Source: Epithemia pelagica
Lineage: Eukaryota > Protista > Bacillariophyta
Length of the DNA: 64,000 bases
Direction of reading: 5' to 3'
Assembly (NCBI GenBank): GCA_946965045.2
Contig: OX337228.1
Span: 1,798,001 to 1,862,000, forward strand
Shown: positions 55,617 to 64,000 of the stretch, piece after piece
Layout: each line of letters opens with the position of its first letter
Numbering within the stretch: position 1 is the first letter of the stretch
Notes under the pieces: model-generated
Database searches by the model: none
What the model was told of the DNA's origin: nothing
The model's input: only the letters and a program-made list of their open reading frames with translations
Position numbers and translations under genes: made by a program

Positions 55617-56474
55617 ATGAAAAGAACAAAAAGCATGTGCCTCCACCGTTTTCTTATGCTTCTGCAATTTCTCGTCTTGATGAATGGGCGAAATTTCAGT
55701 AGTTGCGCCGTGCAGGCCCTCTCAAGCTCTGCCACTCCCAGTGCAACCACAGCTTCGGCACCACCTGTTGTTACACTTTCTGTCTGTACTGGTGTTGATT
55801 GTCGATTGGATGGAGCGTCGGAATGTCTTCGACGCTTCCAGCAAAAATATAAACAAGATTTAAATAATGATTCCAACCAAACTAATGTTTCTACGACGAC
55901 GACAACAGGCTCCAAGAGAATTGTCGTCCAAGCGAGATCGTGTTTGGGACCCTGTGGCGATGGTCCCAATGTTGTTGTTTTGGAAACCAATGGTCAACGG
56001 GTAGTGAAGATGAATCACCCCCTTCCTCCACAGTTACCAGGAAGTTGGGCTCCACCCACCTTGTTTGGCGACAATCCACGAGGCGTGTACCAAGTTCGGA
56101 CACAAGAACAATTGGATCATGTTTGGAACTTGGTACTTGATACTGCGGGGCTGGAACAAGACACAGCTGGTGAGCAGAAAACCCCGGCCACCGCTACTGT
56201 TATGGAAGACCAAGACCCTTTTGATTCATGGATAGTCACATCGTCTCGACCCTGGTATGATCGTCCCCGCAATGAACGTCGTGTCTTTCAAAGGTTGATG
56301 CAATTTATGATTCTGGTGGGATTGTATCAATACGACACTTCACATGGTGTATTGGAGATGCCGCAATGGATGGTGGCTGGCGGTTTGGCCCTTGCCTCGA
56401 ATTGGATTATGCGCGAGAACATTGTGGTATTTTTGTGGGACAAGCTGTCTGGCAAAACGCAACCAAAGCAGTAG
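55617..56474 (+). CDS. Thioredoxin-like [2Fe-2S] ferredoxin domain protein with C-terminal TM helices
   Basis: VCTGVDCRLDGA..SCLGPCGDGPNV (C-x4-C..C-x3-C). N-terminal signal. Confidence 0.75.
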   Translation: MKRTKSMCLHRFLMLLQFLVLMNGRNFSSCAVQALSSSATPSATTASAPPVVTLSVCTGVDCRLDGASECLRRFQQKYKQDLNNDSNQTNVSTTTTTGSKRIVVQARSCLGPCGDGPNVVVLETNGQRVVKMNHPLPPQLPGSWAPPTLFGDNPRGVYQVRTQEQLDHVWNLVLDTAGLEQDTAGEQKTPATATVMEDQDPFDSWIVTSSRPWYDRPRNERRVFQRLMQFMILVGLYQYDTSHGVLEMPQWMVAGGLALASNWIMRENIVVFLWDKLSGKTQPKQ

Positions 56475-57442
56475 ACTGACAGTAGACGACCAAGAGATTC
56501 CAAAACCAACTGTGGAAAGACCATCTACTTACACAGCGTGGTCTGTTTTTGGCAACTACTCTCCAGCTTGGAATGTGGACATTCCAAATAAGGCTCGTCA
56601 ACTTGACTACCTAGGTACAAGGATATAAGGAGGAATTTTCGTACTTCTGCAAATTTGTAGAAATGGAATTATCTTCTTAGCTTACGTTCCCCCGTAGTGT
56701 TAAAGTATTAGCAGTAACAGTGCGTCCGATTCATTGGTTTCGAGTATGCTTGACAAGGTAAATTGATATGCTTCTTGTGTTGCTGTTGAGGTTGTTCTTT
56801 TGTCCGTGATTTCTCAAGAATCAGTTGTTCTTTTGTCTGATTTCTCTAGAATCACCCTTATCGTAATGCAGCAACTCCAATAAGGACGGAAACGAAACAG
56901 CTATGCATTTTCTTCTTCCTCTTCTTCTCCCGATGGATGCTCCTTTTGAAATTTCCGTACGGGGTCTATTTCATGGTGGTAATGTTGTTTCCGGTGTTCC
57001 TTGAATTCCGGTTCTGTTGAATCTTGACTTTTTCTTTGGGCTGGTCGTGTTTTGTGCTGACTGACACCAAACCGGTCGAATATCGAATTCCTTTGTCGAT
57101 TCATGGAGATAATGAGCGACCGAAATCTGGGTCGGTAGTCTGTATTAACGTCTCTGGAGAACTCCTCAAGTAATGTGAATGTGACTGACCCTCTATGAGT
57201 AACTGACAGACAAAGGTGATCGTACCCTGTTGAAGCTACGTTATGATATGCAAACTTTTGTGGCTTACAGTCAAAACTCCTCCTTCCTGTCCCTCCAGAG
57301 GAATGGGGTATCATCTTTATAAATAGATAAAAATAACTCGAAATCTTACAGTTCTTCTTTAATGGATAGAAAGGAAACCCCGATACAGCAATGCTATCGG
57401 GTGATATGGTTCCCATCAACGGTGTTGCTTTACTGAATTGCT

Positions 57443-59218
57443 CTAGACTTCAACTCGCGCCGCGGCTTTTTTCAGGGGAGACGGTTTGGGAGGTGGCGTC
57501 GAGGGGGCATGGCGCTGAGTCACATCCACAAATGGCGCGTCTGGTTCATCTTCATCATAACTTGATTGATGACTGAACGTTTCTGGATCCCTCGTGATGG
57601 CCCTCGTCGGAGTCATGTTGCCGTGGCTATTAGTAGTGTCGTAATTCTCCTTGTTTCGTGTTGCAAGGGCCAAATCGCTGGTCATGCTAGATCCTGGACC
57701 ATTCGTGCGAGCAGAGGAAACGGTCCGACTGGAAGCAGTCCTCGAAGGTTTGTCTCCTACATTACTGACCATGAGTGATGGAGGAACCACGTCTTCTCCG
57801 ACAATCAGTGGTGACGGAGTCCGAACAACACGTATGGTCTTCATCCATTCCGCTACACTGCTCGAAGTCTGCGATCGATTCGAACTGTATTGTCGGACCG
57901 ACGCATTTTCGACATCGACAAAAAAGACGTCTTCCGATTCGTCTCCACTACTACCACTGAGAGACAAGGTATCACGCGCTTCGCCAATCATGGCACCTTC
58001 ACTCACATTGCCATCATCGGACATTTTGCGTCGATTTGGACGAGGACGCGTCTTGTTGTCTCGCTTGGCGGTTCGAGATGTGCTGGTGGAGGCAACCCAG
58101 TCATCCAAGCTGGAAGCGGCGAGGCTTCGAATCGATTCGCCGTCAGCTGCCACATAGGTCAGGCTAGTTCCAATTCTGGGCGTCGTGGTAGCTGTATTGG
58201 TGCCCAACAAGCCTCCTTCGTCCTTGTTGTTGTCACCCGCACGGACACTTGTGGGCGGCAAATTTGGTTCACGGGGACTTTGAGCACGTTTGTCAGCTGG
58301 TGGTGTGGGTGTACGTTCATTCGAATGAATGGTACTGGGCGTCGAAGGAGTTTCATGACTGCCACCAGTACGAATCTTGCTTGCTGCCCAGTGGATGGAA
58401 CGAATAGCCGAAGCATCGTCCAGCTCATTGTGCGAATGGCTGGTACTCATGGCCATACCAGTATGCTGCTGCGGTTGGGGCTGATTGGCAGCCAATACAC
58501 GTTGGTTTTCAAAGTATCCTCGATCCTTGTGATGCTGGATAATCATGTAGGCGATGCCCAGAAAAATTAAACCACTCACAGCAATGAGAATGATATCCAA
58601 ATTGGATAATCCAGATGACGATCCATTGTCGTCCTTGTCGTTGTTATTGTTGTTGGAAGGGTTCGTCGCTGGTGCCAATGGAGCCGCCTTGACGGAGGAC
58701 ACTTGCGCTAATTTGGTACGGTTGCCTTGTCGTAATGCTTGCAAGAAGGTATCGCGACCCAGGGCCGTGCCAAACAAGGAATCCTGTATGAGAGCATTGA
58801 CATCCACCCGTTGCGTTTCTGCCTCAGTCCGTGTCGTGGCCAAGACAAAGAATCGGATTTGACTGCTTTGGGATTCCAAAAAGTCCGACTCTTGAATCAC
58901 CCCTTCCAAATTCAAGTAGTCCTCGGGAGACGAAACGAGGGACAACAATACAGTCGCCATACTATCTTCCACGACCTGCAAATCGGCCAAATCCAATCGA
59001 CTCGCAATGGGTCCTAATACCATCTGGAAGGGAGATGAGGCCGTCAACTCCACATTCTCTTCATCAGATTGTGATTGGCCATTGGCCACCAAAATGATAT
59101 TGCCAAATGCCAAGAGAGTGACAAATACCATGCGAATCATGCCATGTAGTCGGTAATGACGCAACGAACCACATCCGGTTGTACGCTTCATCTTCTCCTT
59201 CTCCATTAGAAACGTCAT
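57443..59218 (-). CDS. Hypothetical single-pass membrane protein with Ser/Thr-rich tail
   Basis: Signal-like MVFVTLLAFGNIILVANG, TM IILIAVSGLIFLGIAYMII, disordered C-terminus. Start uncertain (59218 or 59140). Confidence 0.65.
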   Translation of the reverse strand: MTFLMEKEKMKRTTGCGSLRHYRLHGMIRMVFVTLLAFGNIILVANGQSQSDEENVELTASSPFQMVLGPIASRLDLADLQVVEDSMATVLLSLVSSPEDYLNLEGVIQESDFLESQSSQIRFFVLATTRTEAETQRVDVNALIQDSLFGTALGRDTFLQALRQGNRTKLAQVSSVKAAPLAPATNPSNNNNNDKDDNGSSSGLSNLDIILIAVSGLIFLGIAYMIIQHHKDRGYFENQRVLAANQPQPQQHTGMAMSTSHSHNELDDASAIRSIHWAASKIRTGGSHETPSTPSTIHSNERTPTPPADKRAQSPREPNLPPTSVRAGDNNKDEGGLLGTNTATTTPRIGTSLTYVAADGESIRSLAASSLDDWVASTSTSRTAKRDNKTRPRPNRRKMSDDGNVSEGAMIGEARDTLSLSGSSGDESEDVFFVDVENASVRQYSSNRSQTSSSVAEWMKTIRVVRTPSPLIVGEDVVPPSLMVSNVGDKPSRTASSRTVSSARTNGPGSSMTSDLALATRNKENYDTTNSHGNMTPTRAITRDPETFSHQSSYDEDEPDAPFVDVTQRHAPSTPPPKPSPLKKAAARVEV

Positions 59219-59685
59219 CCCTGCCTTGGTCAAAGTGGTAGCACTAGAATTTCTGGCGCAATCTGGATGTCGATAATCCAATCAATCGTTTCGCACAGTC
59301 GGCTCGATCACTTGAGACCAAAATCGTGGCGACTCCCACATGGTCATATGCAACAGATCAGTCCTACGTGATTTGCACCCAAGACACATGGTGGTTCGAG
59401 AACCTCTTCACCTCCATGGTCGACGGCTCAATAGGAATCTCCAGATCCAAAAGATGTGAGCGGCGGATGCAGTGCAAGACGCTGTAAAAGTGCGACAGAC
59501 GCATTCAGTCGCGGTACCATCATTCATCCCCGCAGAGATCGGTTTAGTAAATCGGTAATCGTTAACACGTTGATCATCACATCCTTGCACAACATCGACT
59601 GTAAGAGTGGGTCTGTTGTTTCTTTCTTGTCTCTCGCTTATCCTGCCTCGAATTTGTGTGATCCAGTTAGTATTACGGTGCAATC

Positions 59686-60216
59686 ATGGCGGAAGAAAAG
59701 AAGAATCCTATGAAAGAGATCAAGGTGGACAAGTTGATCATCAACTGTTGTGTGGGTGAGAGTGGCGATCGTTTGACCCGTGCTGCCCGTGTGTTGGAAC
59801 AGTTGACAGGTCAACAACCTGTGTATTCCAAGGCTCGATACACCCTTCGTTCTTTCGGTATTCGTCGTAACGAAAAGATTGCCGTCCATGTAACTGTTCG
59901 TGGAGAAAAGGCTTTGGAAATTTTGGAACGTGGTCTCAAGGTGAAGGAATATGAATTGCTGCAAAAAAACTTTTCCGATACGGGCAATTTCGGCTTTGGC
60001 ATCAACGAACACATTGATTTGGGTATTCGTTACGATCCTACAACCGGTATTTACGGAATGGACTTCTTTGTCTGTTTGACCCGACCGGGTGCCCGTGTGA
60101 GTCGGCGCAAGATCCACAAGGGCCGGATCGGTCATCCACACAAGATCACAAAGGAAGATAGTATCAAGTGGTTCCAAGACAAATTTGAAGGTGTGGTCCT
60201 CGCCAAGGCCATGTAA
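59686..60216 (+). CDS. RPL11: 60S ribosomal protein L11 (uL5)
   Basis: [55 protein letters not shown]. Confidence 0.98.
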   Translation: MAEEKKNPMKEIKVDKLIINCCVGESGDRLTRAARVLEQLTGQQPVYSKARYTLRSFGIRRNEKIAVHVTVRGEKALEILERGLKVKEYELLQKNFSDTGNFGFGINEHIDLGIRYDPTTGIYGMDFFVCLTRPGARVSRRKIHKGRIGHPHKITKEDSIKWFQDKFEGVVLAKAM

Positions 60217-61226
60217 CTCGATTAATATAAAGCAAAAAGTCATGCCAATTGAACAGACTCTTGTACATCCTGTGGATATAAAACATTAGGGAGAACGGTT
60301 GTCTTTTTTATGAAGCCAGGTTTATTTGGTACAGCAAACTCAGGGCAATTAATCGGGCAGGAGTGCATTTCTGGAATGCGCAACCTGCCCCATATGCCTT
60401 TTGGAATGAACCAGAGACCCGAGCGCCATTTTGATCTCGCTAGCTAATAGCTATCCGTGCTACCCATGCTTCTTCCAGTCACGTTTCTCAATCATGGCGG
60501 ATTCCGCGAAACCGAAGAGCGCGAAAGAAGTTTTTTCTGGCACAACGCATCAAGAGATGGGGAGTCGTGGGTGACCCGATAATTTGTACGGGATCCCGTT
60601 ACTCCTTCGTCGGTACGACCAGCGTTGTGGCACGAAACACCAAACCCAACACACAACACACAACACACGAGAGAGCGATTCTTTGTTCCTCTTTTGCATA
60701 TCGCCATCAAGCGCATCAACCATCCAGAACCCAGACCTTCCTTGCTTTCCGCGGCATCTTCCTGGAAGGAAGCAATCATTATTAATTATTGAGGTATGTA
60801 TCCATACTTCCTCCTCCTGTCGCACTTTTCATTGTATCGCCAACAAAGTTGTTGGCAGTCGATTGGTTCCTTTCTTGTTTCTTTGTGATACGATTCGGCG
60901 TGCGCCGAAAAACAAGGAAAACGAAACTGTTTGTAGGAACTCTCTGCTGGCACTGGTCTTGTGTTTGATCTTGCTGTACTACGGTTTTGACGAGGTTTTA
61001 TATTCGAACGCACGCAACGCACGTCTTCGGTGGATGACGAGCGTTCGTTTACATTTGCATTATCTGTTCTGGATGCGTTTTGCCTGCGGCGAGTTGGCTT
61101 GTTTCTTCGTGCCTTTGTGCCACGGTCAGAATTGAAACGGACTCTTTAATGGGATGTATATGGAGAATTACTCACCACTGAACTCGTTTTTCCAGAAACT
61201 AGATCGACTCGAGGATCGACACAAGC

Positions 61227-62555
61227 ATGGCAGACAGTGAGCCCCTCACTGGTACCAGCCTAAATGCGTTACTTGCCAATGTTGCATCACGCTCTACAGT
61301 AACATTTGGTCGAGAAAGCCCCTTTACCTATGGTGGAATGCTTTCCTCACAGTCTAATACTTGGATGCAACCGGCCCCAGCCTTTTCAGCTCCAGAGACA
61401 TTTGATATAAACACGCATGTTTCTCGGCTATTGGCGGAACCCCCAACTCAAACCGTAACCGAGGAACCCGAACCCCGGAGACGTTCCCGTCGAGTTGCTG
61501 CAAGGGCTGCCCGTGAGCATACATCAGGGACTTCGACCGTCCACCTCAATGTACCAAAATCCACGAGTAAGAAACGGAGTGCTGCCGCCCGATCGGAATC
61601 ACCGCGGCGCAAGAAGGCACGCGCTATAGAAGATGTAACGTCTGATTCTAAATCACGCAAGGCAAAGAAGAAGCCCCCTCCCAATGCGAAGGACGACGCA
61701 AAGTATGACACAGAAGATCACACCAAGAAAGATAACGCTCAGGAGACCTGCTGTATCTGTATGAGCGTACCCGAACGCCAAGATTTGGCAGGGATCAATG
61801 GATGTGACCACAATTTTTGTTTTGATTGCATTGCGAAGTGGGGAGAACGCGAAAACACATGTCCATTGTGCAAGTGCCGATTTACCAAGATTTCTCGTGT
61901 TCACAAGGCCAAACGGCGACAAGGTGTTAAGAATCCACCCAACACGAAACAGGTGCGAGAACGCAACCAACGATCAGATCTTGTCTCGGGCGCTGCGCTG
62001 GAGGCAATGCTTAATAGCATTGCAGCTTCGAATCGCACTACGATGGGCGGCGCTGCCATGGGTGCACCACGAGTGAGCCGTCTGTTATTGGCCATGGGTA
62101 GTGGCCCGTTAGCTAGCCTAACGGAAGGATCTTCCCGTCCAACGTCCCGCCGTGCAGCCTTTTTTGTGGAAGAAGGCGTGATCGACTCGGACGAAGATGC
62201 CAGTGATGGAGATTTGACTGATTCCCCCTTCCATGGTTTTCGTAATGAACTTATTCGCCACACGATGCGATTGTCTCGCCGTCGTGTTCCAGGGTCCACA
62301 GCACCCATCATAAACTTGGATCAAACAGGATTTGCTGCTCCGATGATGTGGCCCATGCCGCCTACATATCCGCCTGGTTTTCCGTCTGCACCGGTGGCAC
62401 ACGGATTGTTTCCGCCACAGCCGACCCAACGTTCCTATGCGGTCAATATGAACGACAGCAATGCCGGACGCGCTGCTGAGAATCCGTTGGAGATTGACGA
62501 TTCTGATGATGACGACGACGTTGTGGAAGTGATTTCCCCTCCGTCGTTGTTGTAA
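61227..62555 (+). CDS. RING-HC (C3HC4) E3 ligase-like protein
   Basis: CCICM..CDHNFCFDCIAKW..TCPLCK in an otherwise disordered protein. Confidence 0.85.
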   Translation: MADSEPLTGTSLNALLANVASRSTVTFGRESPFTYGGMLSSQSNTWMQPAPAFSAPETFDINTHVSRLLAEPPTQTVTEEPEPRRRSRRVAARAAREHTSGTSTVHLNVPKSTSKKRSAAARSESPRRKKARAIEDVTSDSKSRKAKKKPPPNAKDDAKYDTEDHTKKDNAQETCCICMSVPERQDLAGINGCDHNFCFDCIAKWGERENTCPLCKCRFTKISRVHKAKRRQGVKNPPNTKQVRERNQRSDLVSGAALEAMLNSIAASNRTTMGGAAMGAPRVSRLLLAMGSGPLASLTEGSSRPTSRRAAFFVEEGVIDSDEDASDGDLTDSPFHGFRNELIRHTMRLSRRRVPGSTAPIINLDQTGFAAPMMWPMPPTYPPGFPSAPVAHGLFPPQPTQRSYAVNMNDSNAGRAAENPLEIDDSDDDDDVVEVISPPSLL

Positions 62556-63356
62556 TATTTTCAATTTTGAAACCCTGTTAACTTACTTTGTTCGAGTAAA
62601 GTTAGATTCCAAATCCAGTTAACTACTCCGAGTTAGGAGTAATCGATAACTTTGACCCAACATTTCAAAAAATCTTCTTGCTCTATCGTCTTTTCAAAAA
62701 CACTTTGCTTCGTCCTATTCCAGGTAGGAGTAAGGTAGTTCCTACTCCTCTAGCTAGAGGAGCTAGCTAGGAGAAATAGGAGTAGGAGCTGTCGGATGGA
62801 AGTGCAGACGAGGATTGAAGCGGATGCTAGGCCAGACCAGGTACATTAGAATTGAGTCTATTGCTGAATGTACTCGGTACTCGTAGTTAACGAATATCGG
62901 AGAAATTGTGGAAGCCGAAACCCACCCGTTCTTCGACCAGCATCGAATCCTTTTTCTCCGACACGTTTTGATTGGTGCCATCTGAAAACGTTGGTATGAC
63001 GTGTCGCTGGAACTGTGTTGGTCAGAGCATTGGTTGTGCGACCCGTCGATGGGCATCTGCACATCGGCCAGCACTTTGTGACAACACGCCCACGTAGTGT
63101 GCCAATCACGCGACACCGGCTGTTTTTCATGCCAACACCACCTATGCGAAAACACGGCCACGCTGCAGCAGAAACACGCGATCAGAAAACAAGAGAAGGC
63201 AAATTGAAACTACGGGGAGTGGCTATTGGCACCAAGGAAAGCCAATACAGTACAGAGACATCCGAATCCGATGTCGTAATCGTTTAGTATTCCACATTCC
63301 ACTATAACAACAGGCATGTTTGTTGCGTGCAAGAAAGCACAGAGGAGGAGAAGCAG

Positions 63357-64000
63357 ATGAATGATAACAATTCTGGAACAGAGCGTCTCCTGAGAATGAC
63401 ATCTACACCAGCAACCACAACAATATCCAACAAAAGCAGCAACAACATGTCGTTGAAACGAGGCATGCCAGGATTGCCTGAGGGAGGAGGAGGACCCATT
63501 GTTAAGTTACGGCGAGTGGCAACTGCCGTTAACGTTGGAAGCCGCGAATGGTTTGCCAATGGACAAGTAACTTCGTGCCCTTCTCCACGTCCACCCACCT
63601 TGTCGATACAGACTCCCTCCTCAACAACAGTCGTCGTGCCTCGAGTGGCCAAAAGTAATCCCTTGGTGGTGCGAGAGGATGAGGATGAATCCGACTCGGA
63701 TTATTCGTCTTCTTCGTATTCGTCTTGTGACGACGTTGATGGAGATGATGAAAACGATATCGAATCGGTGTGGCAGTCCGCTTTTTCACAATCCGATTCT
63801 GTGGGATCGACTGCCACCTTAACGCTGGCTCAAGGCGCGCAACGACAACGAATGGCACAACATCACTTACTCAATCTACAACGTGCCAACTACAGCAGTG
63901 CATCCACTCCGGTACTAAGTGGCAGTAGACAACTGCAACAAAAGGTTACACTGGTACATCCCCGGAGCTCCAGGTTCAGAAGTCTTTTAATACAACAACC
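63357..64000 (+). CDS. Hypothetical protein, 5' part (ORF runs off the window end)
   Basis: Manual translation from ATG 63357 stays open to 64000 (Ser/acidic low complexity). Absent from the ORF track because there is no stop. Confidence 0.5.
   Translation, partial: MNDNNSGTERLLRMTSTPATTTISNKSSNNMSLKRGMPGLPEGGGGPIVKLRRVATAVNVGSREWFANGQVTSCPSPRPPTLSIQTPSSTTVVVPRVAKSNPLVVREDEDESDSDYSSSSYSSCDDVDGDDENDIESVWQSAFSQSDSVGSTATLTLAQGAQRQRMAQHHLLNLQRANYSSASTPVLSGSRQLQQKVTLVHPRSSRFRSLLIQQ

Noticed and set aside
56791-56854. Two ~32-bp tandem copies (GTTGTTCTTTTGTC..AGAATCA) and the nearby ORF 56901-57419
   Set aside because: A simple local duplication. The ORF has no recognisable domain and a non-coding-like 5' half.
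28704-60216. Resemblance of eS4/uL5/uS13/SecA neighbours to a prokaryotic ribosomal operon
   Set aside because: The genes are intron-containing, on mixed strands, tens of kb apart and interspersed with unrelated genes. SecA is not the operon-linked SecY.
62763-63287. Short overlapping ORFs near the window end
   Set aside because: No motifs. Probably promoter or UTR of the partial gene starting at 63357.

Overview
Gene-dense eukaryotic nuclear DNA, most likely a pennate diatom. The evidence is short GT-AG introns, bipartite signal+'AF' plastid presequences, nuclear plastid SecA, a RedCAP-like LHC protein and diatom-type Ty1/copia elements. The species cannot be determined from the sequence alone. 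About 15 kb (5574-20694) is a recent nested retrotransposon: a full-length copia element B (8637-16956, 758-bp LTRs, CTTAG TSD) sits inside the integrase of a second copia element A (197-bp LTRs, CTTCC TSD). A 5'-truncated RNase H-bearing LINE (26161-28418, 13-bp TSD) lies between secA and RPS4. The rest holds about 23 host genes, including four cytosolic ribosomal proteins, an inverted pair of beta-lactamase-family serine hydrolases, chromatin and ubiquitin factors and several plastid-targeted proteins. Most notable observations: element B's primer-binding site matches the anticodon arm of a tRNA-Asn in half-molecule register; B carries an extra ORF and a chromodomain-like module; A has an RNase H1-type hybrid-binding domain in Gag; the LINE's sense strand ends in oligo-T rather than poly-A; a host protein fuses a zinc finger, a TruA-like domain and a 2OG-Fe(II) dioxygenase; and two ribosomal-protein start codons appear to be split AT|G by introns. 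All family assignments come from motif recognition by eye. No database searches were run.
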